A model generated the notes under the pieces. The model was given only the letters and a program-made list of their open reading frames with translations. It searched no databases and was not told where the DNA came from. Positions 1 through 9,363 of a stretch of 44,667 bases of DNA are shown here, piece by piece. The stretch comes from Candidatus Micrarchaeota archaeon. Lineage in GTDB: Archaea > Micrarchaeota > Micrarchaeia > Norongarragalinales > UBA8480. Position numbers and translations under genes: made by a program. The stretch spans positions 87,898 to 132,564 of the forward strand of contig JAKAOM010000001.1 in the NCBI GenBank assembly GCA_021812145.1. The letters run 5' to 3'. Every line of letters starts with the position of its first letter. The first letter of the stretch is position 1.

Positions 1-1070
1 GGTGGCAGTGAGAAGGTTATCTTGTCGCCTTCTTTTTTTATTTTGACGAATATGGTTAGAGGTCTAGTGCTACCCCTGCTTGAAAGCTCCGGCATTGATT
101 TGAGGTTGAATTTTTCTTTTTCTATGGCTTCATTTTTTAGTATCTCTTTTTCAGTTTTGTTGAGCAGAGTGTTGCTTCCTATTATATTTCCTACAACGAA
201 CGCTTCTCCCTTTTTAGCTTTTTTTTCAGACGCTCTGATTTTTTGCATGTTTGGAAACCCCTGCTCGTCGGCTCCGCAATAGTATTCGTTTTTGTTTTTT
301 TTGAAGTTGTTTCTTTTTTCTATTTCTTCGTTGAATAATTTAGCCTGGTACGCGTGTATGAATAGAAGCTGCAGTGTTCTGGGGAGTTTTCTTATTGCTC
401 CCACGTAGTCGTTAGGATGTTGCGAGAGGTGTTCTATCATAAGCCGCTCGTATCTTAAGAATTTTGGAAAGTATTCTAGCGCTTTTTTATAGTTTTTGTC
501 TTTTTTTAGTTTTTGTCTTTGTTTTTTTGACTCGTCGCTTCCTTCGCACAGATAACTTTCAACCGCTTTTTTGAACTCGCCCTTTATCATAAATTTTCCT
601 ATTTTCGCGGTGTTTTTTCTCATGGAACCGAACCTTTGTGGTCCGAACTCGTTTGGAATTACTACCTCTTTTGGCGGATTTTTTTTGAATTTTATTGTGA
701 ACCTGTTTCCTTTCAGTTTTCCCATTGCTATTTTATCTTTTGAATTCCACGCTCCGTTTATTTGAATGTCTTTTATCTTCAGATTCATGAGTTCTTCTGG
801 CTTAACGTTGTACACGCTGCATAGTTGAGTGGTTATTGCATTCCTGTCTTTGTTTCCAGCGCTTGAGAGACTTTTTTTTGATTTGCCTAGCGCTTTTGCA
901 ACCGCGTTTAGCGCTTGTATGGTGTTCCAGTTTTTTTTTTGAAGCACGAATTGCGTGAATTCCCCTTCTTTATTTTCTCTTTTCTCCTTTTCATCGATTT
1001 TCAAAACCCTGCCGGTGTAGTCTATCTCTTCGACTATGAAGTCCTCTGGTTTTGTTCTTTCTCTTTTCAT
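1..1070 (-). CDS. truD: tRNA pseudouridine(13) synthase TruD, 3' end runs off the window
   Basis: Not in the ORF track. Manual translation from ATG at 1070 gives MKRERTKPEDFIVEEID, then SAGNKDRNAITTQ (catalytic Asp motif), GKLKGNRFTI and NEFGPQRFGS. Confidence 0.92.
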   Translation of the reverse strand, partial: MKRERTKPEDFIVEEIDYTGRVLKIDEKEKRENKEGEFTQFVLQKKNWNTIQALNAVAKALGKSKKSLSSAGNKDRNAITTQLCSVYNVKPEELMNLKIKDIQINGAWNSKDKIAMGKLKGNRFTIKFKKNPPKEVVIPNEFGPQRFGSMRKNTAKIGKFMIKGEFKKAVESYLCEGSDESKKQRQKLKKDKNYKKALEYFPKFLRYERLMIEHLSQHPNDYVGAIRKLPRTLQLLFIHAYQAKLFNEEIEKRNNFKKNKNEYYCGADEQGFPNMQKIRASEKKAKKGEAFVVGNIIGSNTLLNKTEKEILKNEAIEKEKFNLKSMPELSSRGSTRPLTIFVKIKKEGDKITFSLP

Positions 1071-1112
1071 TTTAAAACTTCCCAATTTTGCTTTAATTGT
1101 TTACGGTTTGCG

Positions 1113-1571
1113 TTAATTCCATATTTTGTCCGCAAGCATTCTTCCGTATATTGAATAGTTTATAATATCCTCTAGAGTGTCTTTTATCGTCTCATTAAAT
1201 TCGTCTATTTTCGTTTTGTTTTTTTCATTTTCAAGCAGGTTTTTTATTCTGGCGTACTTGTCGCTTAGTCTTACTATAAGCCCTTTTTCCTTGAAGCGAA
1301 GTATGTTGTCCGCGCCGTATGCTTCGTTTTTTTTCAATCCTATTTCACAGCATTTTTTCAGTATTTCTGACGGCTGCATAAAGTATTTATTTATCATTAT
1401 TGATAGTGCGAGAGCCTCGCTTTCTTCAAATATTTTAGCTGCCGGGTTTTTGTCGAATGCTTTTTTGAGTTTTTCCATCATTTTTTCTATTTTTGTATTT
1501 ACTTCGTTTTCATGGATTTTTTCTGTTTTAGTTTTTTTAAAAGCGTATTCTATGAAGTTTTCTTTCCACAT
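1113..1571 (-). CDS. DUF1599 / nucleotide-modification-associated domain protein (MazG-like helical fold)
   Basis: Pattern KKNEAYG...GLIVRLSDKYARIKNL...ETIKDTLEDIINYS resembles DUF1599. Confidence 0.65.
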   Translation of the reverse strand: MWKENFIEYAFKKTKTEKIHENEVNTKIEKMMEKLKKAFDKNPAAKIFEESEALALSIMINKYFMQPSEILKKCCEIGLKKNEAYGADNILRFKEKGLIVRLSDKYARIKNLLENEKNKTKIDEFNETIKDTLEDIINYSIYGRMLADKIWN

Positions 1572-1612
1572 GTTTTTCTATTTAAGTGTTATTATTTTAA
1601 AAAGCGTTCGAT

Positions 1613-2797
1613 TTATTGGTATATTATTCTTCTTGTCATTGCGCCAATGCCGTGGAACATTTCGCTGAATTGAGCGCCTTCCTGCGTTTCGGTTGATATG
1701 GGTATTACCTCGCCGCCTTGCTCCTCTGTTTTTTTGATCATTTCCTCAAGAATGTCTTCTTCTTTTTCTATTTTAGTTTCTCCCCCGCACTCGCATTTGT
1801 AGTTTGGATTGTATTTTTCGTATTTTTTTCCGCAGTTTGGACAGTATATGGTGTATTTTTTGAGTTTAAATCCTTCGGTGACCAGAAGTTTTGAAACATT
1901 CTTCTGTTCTAGGTTTTTGATTATCTCGTTTACCCCGTATGCAGCGGTTCCGTTTTTTACTATCTCTTTCATGAATTCGTCTACTATTTTTTTTTCCTGA
2001 ACCATTTCCTGCCCTGAGATAAGATCCGCGCTTTTGTCTATTAACTCTTTTAATCCTGACTCGTCCGCGTAGCCTATGTCCACAGTCCCAATTATTTTCA
2101 ACTGGTAGTTGTAGTATTTTCCCTTTACGAAGTCTTCTTTGGTTGGTCCTGGCCCTCCTACTATAACCCCTTTGAAGTTTTTAATGCCTAGCAGAGCGTT
2201 CATCGCTTCGCCTATTCTTTGGTAGTATTTTTCGACTGTTTCCTCATGTATTCTTTGGAATCTTCCAGCGCTCTGCCCTCCTTTGTGGAATTTTTGATGC
2301 GCGGTGCTGTGTAGTTTTTTTAGTATTTTTATTGTTTTACCTTTGAGTAATCCTACTGTTGCGTCTCTGCCGTCCATGGCCACTATCCCGTAAGAGTCGG
2401 TGTTGTCAGTTATTTCAAGAAGTGGGTCTAGCACGAATTTGCTTTCGCATCGGTAAAATTGGACCTGGAGAGGTTGTGGGGGGATCACCGTGAATAGCTG
2501 TATGTCCGGCTTTCCCTCTGTTTCTGATATGTTGCCGCAGAATATTGCAACCCCATTTTCTGGTGGGGTGGGCATTTTTTTTAGAAAACTCATTATTTTT
2601 TCTATTGCAGCCTGGACGTTTTTTTGAGTTGTTTTGCTTTTTATGTTTGATGCTTGCCCGTATTCGTCCCTCAATTTTCCAGTTATCTCACTCACTGGAT
2701 AGTTCGGGGTTATGTATACGCTTATCAGTTCTGTTCCCCTTCCTGAATATTGGGACATTTCTTCCAGTTTTTTCTTGAATTCGTAGTTGCTTTCCAT
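1613..2797 (-). CDS. prf1: Peptide chain release factor aRF1
   Basis: GRGTELIS, NIKS, YRCESKF and GGQS motifs; C-terminal CxxC/CxC zinc insert. Confidence 0.97.
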   Translation of the reverse strand: MESNYEFKKKLEEMSQYSGRGTELISVYITPNYPVSEITGKLRDEYGQASNIKSKTTQKNVQAAIEKIMSFLKKMPTPPENGVAIFCGNISETEGKPDIQLFTVIPPQPLQVQFYRCESKFVLDPLLEITDNTDSYGIVAMDGRDATVGLLKGKTIKILKKLHSTAHQKFHKGGQSAGRFQRIHEETVEKYYQRIGEAMNALLGIKNFKGVIVGGPGPTKEDFVKGKYYNYQLKIIGTVDIGYADESGLKELIDKSADLISGQEMVQEKKIVDEFMKEIVKNGTAAYGVNEIIKNLEQKNVSKLLVTEGFKLKKYTIYCPNCGKKYEKYNPNYKCECGGETKIEKEEDILEEMIKKTEEQGGEVIPISTETQEGAQFSEMFHGIGAMTRRIIYQ

Positions 2798-2816
2798 TTT
2801 AATCTCTCAATTCCTT

Positions 2817-3380
2817 TTATTTAAGAAGCTCGCTTCTGGCTTGTTCCAGTTGTATTCGGATCACGTCTTGTTTTTTCCTGAGCATTCCTGTTAGGGATGA
2901 TGAGTATTTTATTGTTGAAATGTTTTCGTATATTTCTTCCATTTTTTTGAATGTTTCTTCGGCTTTTTTAGTCTCTTTGTTTTTAAGGTGTATTTGTATC
3001 TCCCTTCTTAGCTCTCCAACACAGTCGGCGAGCCCTTGCGCGTAGCTGAGTGGATCGCAGTGTATTTCTGAAGGGTATGGGATTTCCTTTTTTTCCATTA
3101 TCGCCCTTAGGCTTGTCAGTTCTGCATATTCTTGCATGGCAATGCTCTTTATTTGATCGAAGCCTTTTATTTTTTCTATTTCCTCGACCTTGTCTCCAGT
3201 CTGCTTTATTTCATCTTCAGTTATTTTCTCGTTTTGATGTATTTTTTTTATCATTTTTGAGCATTCTCTCACTATCTCCCTTGAGAGTTTAAGCGATTTG
3301 TCCTGCTCTTTTTCTTTCTCGCTTAGTTCCGCGTCGAGTTTTTTTATTATCTCTTCTATTCTGGATTCTTGTTTTTTCAT
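2817..3380 (-). CDS. Translin/TRAX-family protein
   Basis: LKLSREIVREC, QEYAE, GLADCVGELRR and LRKKQD motifs. Start moved to ATG at 3380 because a TATA-like element lies about 25 nt upstream. Confidence 0.85.
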   Translation of the reverse strand: MKKQESRIEEIIKKLDAELSEKEKEQDKSLKLSREIVRECSKMIKKIHQNEKITEDEIKQTGDKVEEIEKIKGFDQIKSIAMQEYAELTSLRAIMEKKEIPYPSEIHCDPLSYAQGLADCVGELRREIQIHLKNKETKKAEETFKKMEEIYENISTIKYSSSLTGMLRKKQDVIRIQLEQARSELLK

Positions 3381-3464
3381 GTAGTGTTTATTGTACGCTC
3401 TTATTTTTAACGTTTTCACTCGGGTTGTTTTTCAGCGGTCGCGTTGGCTGAGTTTTGTGTTTTT

Positions 3465-4019
3465 TTATTGTTTGTTTTTAAGCGTTTTTACTATTTCGTT
3501 TATTTTTTCTTCCAGTTTTTCCTTTGTCGAGTCGTTTATTATTTTTGTTTTAGCCAGGCTCATGGCGCCTTTGATGTTTTGGTTGCTGCTTTCCCATTCT
3601 TTTTGCTCTGATTTTCTGAATTCCTCAAACGTTTGCTTTTCTTCGTTTGCTCTTTTCCTTTTCATTGTTCTTTCATATCTTGTTTCTATTGTAGAGTCTA
3701 TTGATATTAGCGTGAAGTTTTTCATCTTTTCAAGTTCCCACACCTCTTCAGGCGATCTTATCCCATCTATAACCGCGTTTTTAGGTTTTTCTTTTTCTAT
3801 TTTTTTCCTCACTCTCTCAGCCAGAACTTGTGGCCCGTAGTTTTCCCTTAGCTCGTTTGCAATGTTGTATAAGTTTTTTCTTTCTGGCGTCATTCCTCTT
3901 TTTTCGCATTCATCCCTGACTTCCTCGCTTAGACTGTAATAAATAAATCCGCTTTTCTGAAGTATTTGCGCCACAAGACTCTTTCCTGAGGCGAATGTTC
4001 CGGTTAATCCTATCTTCAT
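3465..4019 (-). CDS. NMP-kinase-fold P-loop protein (archaeal dephospho-CoA kinase / UPF0200-like)
   Basis: IGLTGTFASGKS P-loop, VIDGIRSPEEV, IIND near the C-terminus. Confidence 0.75.
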   Translation of the reverse strand: MKIGLTGTFASGKSLVAQILQKSGFIYYSLSEEVRDECEKRGMTPERKNLYNIANELRENYGPQVLAERVRKKIEKEKPKNAVIDGIRSPEEVWELEKMKNFTLISIDSTIETRYERTMKRKRANEEKQTFEEFRKSEQKEWESSNQNIKGAMSLAKTKIINDSTKEKLEEKINEIVKTLKNKQ

Positions 4020-4123
4020 GTTTTTTAATTAGCGCTTTTCTTTAAAAAATGTTTCTATTTTTTTAATAACATTTGTTTAAATCTTTTGTTGTGCGAGTAG
4101 CTCTGCACTAATTTTGCTTTTAT

Positions 4124-4142
4124 TTGAAAAGCATTTATATTT
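4124..4142 (+). promoter_or_regulatory. Putative BRE+TATA promoter of tRNA-Gly
   Basis: gaaaagcaTTTATAtt about 25-30 nt upstream of the tRNA 5' end. Confidence 0.5.
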
Positions 4143-4165
4143 TTTCGCTGTTAATTCTAACACAG

Positions 4166-4236
4166 GCGGCTGTAGTCTAGTGGTATGATACGAGCTTCCC
4201 AAGCTCGAGGTTCGGGTCCGATTCCCGGCAGCCGCA
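4166..4236 (+). tRNA. tRNA-Gly(CCC), no intron, atypical T-loop TCCGATT
   Basis: Acceptor GCGGCTG/CAGCCGC+A; anticodon arm CGAGC-TTCCCAA-GCTCG. Confidence 0.92.
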
Positions 4237-4245
4237 TTATCCGTG

Positions 4246-5904
4246 TCACATTTTTTCAAGCGCATCGATTCCAAGGGTTTCAAGGCATTCCTTTAGCGTT
4301 TCCTCTGTTTTTTTGACTAGCTGAAGCCTGAATTCGCTACCTGTTTTTATTACCGGGCTGGTGGCGTAGAACGTGTTGAAGAGGTGAGCGGTTTTGAGAG
4401 CGTATTCTGCGATTATGTGCGGACTGAGCTCTTTTTCTGCTTGTTTAAGAGTTGGGAGGTAGAATGCTATCTGGCAGGCTAGTCTTTTCTCGTCTTCGTT
4501 TAATTCAAAGGTTTGCTCTGTTGGCGTTTGTTTTGATTCCGCCGCTTTTTTTATTATGCTTGTTATTCTGGCATGGGTGTATTGAAGATATGCGCCTGTG
4601 TCCCCTTCAAAATTGACGCTTTGTTTAGGGTTGAATGAAATGTTTTTTTCGTTCCTTACTCTTAGAACGGTAAATTTAAGCGCTGCAACGCCTACTTTCT
4701 GTGATATTTCGTTTTTTTCCTTTTCTCCATATCTTTTTCCGTTTTTTTCAATTTCTTTTAAAGCTTCCTCTTTGCTTTCATTCAGCATGTCTTCAAGTAA
4801 AAGGGTGTTTCCGCTTCTTGTGGCTAGTGTTTTGCCCTGAAATGTCATGAAACCGTAGCTTACGTGGTTTAGCGTTTTCACGTAGTTCCTTCCAAGCAAT
4901 TCTATTATTTTGAAGAGCTGCTGGAAGTGGGTGTTTTGCCTTGAGTCTGTAACATACACGCTGACGTCGGGGTGGTATTTTTCGTTTTTGTAGTCCGCCC
5001 ATGCAAGGTCTCTTGTTATATACACTGTTGTTCCATTGGATCTCATTAGAATTGTGTTTGGCAGTCCTTCCTTTTCAAGTTTTACTACCACCGCCCCGTC
5101 TTCCAGATTGGTTATTCCTTTTTTTTCGCATTCTTTTGCTATTTTGACTCCGCTTTCTATGAATTGGCTTTCTCCTCTGACGTCATCGAATTTAACGTTC
5201 AGGAGCGAGTACGCTTTTTCGAATATTTTCATTGAGTGATCTGTTATTTTTTTTATTGTTTCCAGGGTTTCAACGTCCCCCTTTTCTATTTTTTCAGTTA
5301 TTTCCTCCACTTTTTTTTTAAGTTCCTCACTTTCCTCCACTTCCTTATTTATTTGAACGTAGGTCTCAAGCAGTTGCCTTTCGTTTTCTATTTCATTCAT
5401 TTTGAGTTTTTTCATTGCTAGTATCATTAGCGCCACTTGCCTTCCACTGTCTCCCGGATAGTTGACGCTGTACGCTTTCCAGCCTGTTTTTTCCATTATC
5501 CTTCTTATGCTATCCCCAAGTATGGTTGATCGAATGTGGCCTACGTGCAGAGGTTTTCCTATGTTTGGCGACGAGAATTCCACTACTGCCGTTTTGCCAT
5601 TCCACTCCCCTTTTTGCTTTTTTTGTGACAGGTTTTTTTCGTGGAATTTCCTTGTAAATTCAAGGTTTAGATAGTTGTTTTCAGCGCTTTTTATTTTGAT
5701 TGATTCGGCTAGCTTTTTGTCTTCAGATAGTTTTTTCACTATCTCGTCTTTTTTTCCCTTTTGAATTGCTTCAAACAGGTGTATTGCCAGATCGCCGCGT
5801 CCTTCTTCCGCTCTTGCCGGCTTGGTTTTCAACCCTTCTTTTTCAAGGATTTGGGTTATTTCTTCAATTGTTTTTTCAGCTTCTGATTGCTGCATTTTCT
5901 TCAC
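4246..5904 (-). CDS. argS: Arginine--tRNA ligase
   Basis: VEFSSPNIGKPLHVGHIRS (HIGH), KMSKS-equivalent TLATRSG, FEGDTGAYLQYTHAR, C-terminal LGI..LEKM. Confidence 0.96.
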   Translation of the reverse strand: MKKMQQSEAEKTIEEITQILEKEGLKTKPARAEEGRGDLAIHLFEAIQKGKKDEIVKKLSEDKKLAESIKIKSAENNYLNLEFTRKFHEKNLSQKKQKGEWNGKTAVVEFSSPNIGKPLHVGHIRSTILGDSIRRIMEKTGWKAYSVNYPGDSGRQVALMILAMKKLKMNEIENERQLLETYVQINKEVEESEELKKKVEEITEKIEKGDVETLETIKKITDHSMKIFEKAYSLLNVKFDDVRGESQFIESGVKIAKECEKKGITNLEDGAVVVKLEKEGLPNTILMRSNGTTVYITRDLAWADYKNEKYHPDVSVYVTDSRQNTHFQQLFKIIELLGRNYVKTLNHVSYGFMTFQGKTLATRSGNTLLLEDMLNESKEEALKEIEKNGKRYGEKEKNEISQKVGVAALKFTVLRVRNEKNISFNPKQSVNFEGDTGAYLQYTHARITSIIKKAAESKQTPTEQTFELNEDEKRLACQIAFYLPTLKQAEKELSPHIIAEYALKTAHLFNTFYATSPVIKTGSEFRLQLVKKTEETLKECLETLGIDALEKM

Positions 5905-5921
5905 TTTTAGTTTTTGATGAT

Positions 5922-6713
5922 TTAAACTATCACTTGCTCTCTTGGGTATATTTCTACTCCTTTGTTTGTTATTTTGAAGGGGTGCATTGAAGTGTCGTGG
6001 CTTGTCTGTCTCATTTTAAGTATTTCTATTGCCCTTTGCCTTCCCTGCTTTATGAGTATGTTGTGTAGTAGAATAACTCCATCTACTACGAATTCTTCAA
6101 CGCCGTACCTTCCTACCAGATTTATTGATTCTGGAGTTTCAGATATGAAGAAGGTGGTTATTCCCATTGTTTTTAGCCTCTTGTTTAGGTCATTCATTAA
6201 TCTTCTTAACTCGTAGGGGTTTTCAAGGGAACCTCCTAGGTAGGTTATGCTGTCCATAGCTAGTCTTTTTGCGTTCATGTCCTTTATCTTGTAATATAAT
6301 TCTCCTGAAAGACTGGTGGCGAAGTTTTTTACTTCGTATGGGTCTTTTGATATTATCGCCAGCTTGTTTTCTTTTTCGTATTTTTCTATGTCCATTCCGA
6401 AGCTTTTTGCAGTGTTTCTTATGCTTTCGGAGTTTTCTTCGAATGAAATGTATATTCCAGGCTCGTTGAATTTGACCACGCCTTCGTAGAGAATTTGGAG
6501 GGAAAGGTTTGTTTTTCCAGAACCGCTTGAACCGTTTATTAGTATTGAAGAGCCTCTTGGAATGCCTTCAGGCATAAGCTCGTCCAGGCCTTCAACCCCT
6601 GTTTTCATTCTTCCAAAGTCTAGTTTCTTCTGGTTTTTTTCTTCTATTCCCGCTATTGGAGCGAATACTGCGTCTTTTTCCCCTTTGTTTTCAGCAGCGC
6701 TTTTTTTGGCCAT
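5922..6713 (-). CDS. KaiC-like / RAD55-family RecA-superfamily ATPase
   Basis: TGVEGLDEL, Walker A GSSGSGKT, SFEE, MDS, EEFVVDGVI, ILKMR. Confidence 0.88.
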   Translation of the reverse strand: MAKKSAAENKGEKDAVFAPIAGIEEKNQKKLDFGRMKTGVEGLDELMPEGIPRGSSILINGSSGSGKTNLSLQILYEGVVKFNEPGIYISFEENSESIRNTAKSFGMDIEKYEKENKLAIISKDPYEVKNFATSLSGELYYKIKDMNAKRLAMDSITYLGGSLENPYELRRLMNDLNKRLKTMGITTFFISETPESINLVGRYGVEEFVVDGVILLHNILIKQGRQRAIEILKMRQTSHDTSMHPFKITNKGVEIYPREQVIV

Positions 6714-6921
6714 GATTGTTTTTTTAACCGCTCTGGTTTAAATTCCTTGCTTTTGATTGTTTGCCTTTTTTTACCTTTGGAAGCGAGCTGGCTTTGGTTC
6801 TTTTCGGTGGTTAGGCTTTGCAATTTTTAATTTTTTGTTTTTTTGGTTTTTATAGCAAGTTTTTTAACTGTTTGTTTCAGAATATTAATAAGCTTTAAAA
6901 TGTGTTTAAGGTAGTTAGATA

Positions 6922-7464
6922 ATGATTGCGAAAACAATTACAAAAGAGATTAAGACTCTTAAACAGCCTTTTTCAACTATCATTATAACTAACTCTTCTG
7001 ATTTTAATGATGTGGTTGTTGATTTGATGAAGTCTGTGGGTAGCGATGCGACCGCGGTTATGGTTTCCTTCAACAAGCCGTCAAGCTCTTTTGAGGCTAT
7101 TTTCAAGGGCAAGTTGAAGTGCGATGTTTTTTATATTGATTTGGTAACGCAGGTGGCCACTGGAGAGCCTCAGAAAAAAGACAACGTGGTTTTTCTGGCA
7201 AGCCAGCGCAACCTTACTGATTTGAGCATAACTTTAAGCGAGGTTTTAAACAGGCTTGAAGGAAAGAAGTTTGTTATTCTTGACTCTCTAACCACAATGC
7301 TTTTGTACAATGATTCAGGCACAACAACACAGTTTCTTCAGTTTTTAGCAAACCGGTTGAGGTTGTGGAACACAAGCAGCTACATTCTTACTATGGAAGG
7401 GAAGAACGAGGACGAGGTTATACGGGTTGTTAGCCAAGTGGTTGACAAGACTATTAAAACTTGA
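6922..7464 (+). CDS. Degenerate KaiC/RecA-like domain protein, probably inactive
   Basis: FYIDLVT, LTDLSITL and FVILDSLTTMLLYN (Walker B region), but no Walker A. Confidence 0.6.
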   Translation: MIAKTITKEIKTLKQPFSTIIITNSSDFNDVVVDLMKSVGSDATAVMVSFNKPSSSFEAIFKGKLKCDVFYIDLVTQVATGEPQKKDNVVFLASQRNLTDLSITLSEVLNRLEGKKFVILDSLTTMLLYNDSGTTTQFLQFLANRLRLWNTSSYILTMEGKNEDEVIRVVSQVVDKTIKT

Positions 7465-7476
7465 TTTTTTCTCTTT

Positions 7477-8478
7477 TTATTTTATGAATCCCTGTATTAG
7501 TATTTGAAGCGTTTGCTGGGTTACCAGGAATATTGTAACTGATATTATAAGCAGTATTGGAACATATCCCACCCCTCTTGATGCTTTACCGTATCTTATC
7601 TGCCCTATTATAAATCCTGCCAGAAAGTTTGTTGCTATTATGCTTTCAAGTGCGAAGTCGAATATGTCGTTTGGGTTTATTGAGTTTGCCTGCCCCCCGC
7701 CTACGAAAGGTATGTTTTGAAGCAGGGTTCCGGTGTTTCCGTTTGCGGTGGTGGTCATTAAACTTTGACTTATCTTTGAGTAGGTGGTTGAGATTGAAAA
7801 CAGCAGTGGTGCCATGATGGTTGCCGCGAATATTATGAAAAGGGTGTAGGTTACGGTGGAGGTGGATATTTGATTTTTAAGGGTTTGTGTGTTTCTGGTG
7901 TCCTCGGCTACTTCCTCCAGCAGTTTTGACATTTCTCCCCCCAACCTTATTCCTTCCTGTATGAGTTGAACCGCTCTTTTTATCACCTCTGACCTTACTC
8001 TTTTTGACATTTTTTCAAGGTTTTCTTCTATCGGCTTTCCTCCAAAGGTGTCTGCGCTTATTTTTTTGATTTCGTCTCTTAGCGGTCCGAATTCAGGCCT
8101 TGCGGAAAGCCATATGGCGTTCTCAAGTGTCATTCCCGCCCTGATGTTAGCCGCTATTATGTCAAGGGCGTCTGGCAGCAGCTCTTCTATTTTCCTAGCC
8201 CTGTTGTCTGCAGTCATCATTATTAACATGTAAAGCAGCCCGGGTATTGCTATCAAAACGATAGCCGGTATTATAATGCGAAGATTTGGGTTTGGGAATA
8301 TTATCTGCGTAAGGAATACTGCCGCCAGGGTTGCGAAGAAGGTTAGGTACATTGTGAATCCGATGAATATCCTGGGCTGAAGGGTGAACCCGCCCTGTTC
8401 CATAAGCGTGGATATTGATTCAACAGTCTTTTTAGGCGCGAACATTGATATTTTCAAGTAAAGTTTGTTGAAGTCCAT
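7477..8478 (-). CDS. Type II secretion system F-family membrane platform protein (TadC/PilC-like)
   Basis: IEELLPDALDIIAANIRAGMTLENA, RPEFGPL, GG.MSKLLEEVAED; several TM helices. Confidence 0.88.
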   Translation of the reverse strand: MDFNKLYLKISMFAPKKTVESISTLMEQGGFTLQPRIFIGFTMYLTFFATLAAVFLTQIIFPNPNLRIIIPAIVLIAIPGLLYMLIMMTADNRARKIEELLPDALDIIAANIRAGMTLENAIWLSARPEFGPLRDEIKKISADTFGGKPIEENLEKMSKRVRSEVIKRAVQLIQEGIRLGGEMSKLLEEVAEDTRNTQTLKNQISTSTVTYTLFIIFAATIMAPLLFSISTTYSKISQSLMTTTANGNTGTLLQNIPFVGGGQANSINPNDIFDFALESIIATNFLAGFIIGQIRYGKASRGVGYVPILLIISVTIFLVTQQTLQILIQGFIK

Positions 8479-8484
8479 TTTTGT

Positions 8485-9363
8485 TTACACTCTCGGCCTT
8501 CTGGTTTTAATAAGATTCAGGAAAACCAGTTGGAAAACTATTAAGAATATTATTATTAGCGGGAATATAATTGACGTTATTGGAACGTTTATTATTGATA
8601 TTATAACTATAAGTATGGTTATTCCAAGGCTTGGAACTATAACTGCCATCATCATGTATATCATCGTCCATGGTGAGAGTTCATGCGCGTATTTTTCTAT
8701 GTCGTCCATTTTGTCTTTTGTTAGCCCGTCTATTGTTGTTTCAAGAGCGGTTCCAACGTCGCTTCCTACTTTTAGCGCGTTGGATATTTGCCATAGAATT
8801 CTTCTTAGCTTGAATGACGGGCTTTGCTTGCTGGCTTCGGATATTGCGTCAAGTTCTGAAACTCCTCCGTTTATTCTGCTTACTATTTTTTTGAATTCCT
8901 CGCTAACCTCCCCGTAGCTTGTTGAAATGCTTATCATGGCGTTGAATAGTGGAACGCCGCTTTTAACTTCAATGTAAAGCTGTCGTGATGCGGGTATTAG
9001 ATTATCCTCTATCAACCTCATTTTTTTGGTGGCCACAAGTTGAGGGTAGTATATTATTGTTGCAAAAGTGGATAGGAATATTATGATTGCGATGAGGGAT
9101 GCTAGAAACAGCATGTTTGTTTCTGAAAGATAGCCTATTCCGACTATAAGCGCGAATAGGAATAAAGCGTTTAGAATTGATGCCGTTCCTGCTATGGCGG
9201 CGTATTCTCTGGCGTCGTACTCGTAATCGGATTGCGCTAACTCATCTTCGAGGCCCGGGAAGAATTCCGAGATGAAGTTTCCAACTCCTTTTATTCTTTT
9301 TGCTATTGCAGCGGTTAGAGGGTAGGGTACTAGAGAGAATGGTATTGTTTTCACTTCAACCAC
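8485..9363 (-). CDS. Type II secretion system F-family membrane platform protein (TadB/TadC-like)
   Basis: EVKSGVPLFNAM, YGEVSEEFKKIV, ALKVGSDVG; directly downstream of the ATPase. Confidence 0.88.
   Translation of the reverse strand: MVEVKTIPFSLVPYPLTAAIAKRIKGVGNFISEFFPGLEDELAQSDYEYDAREYAAIAGTASILNALFLFALIVGIGYLSETNMLFLASLIAIIIFLSTFATIIYYPQLVATKKMRLIEDNLIPASRQLYIEVKSGVPLFNAMISISTSYGEVSEEFKKIVSRINGGVSELDAISEASKQSPSFKLRRILWQISNALKVGSDVGTALETTIDGLTKDKMDDIEKYAHELSPWTMIYMMMAVIVPSLGITILIVIISIINVPITSIIFPLIIIFLIVFQLVFLNLIKTRRPRV

Noticed and set aside
1613-2797. Stop-codon reassignment
   Set aside because: aRF1 motifs are canonical, and conserved genes end normally at TAA, TAG and TGA.
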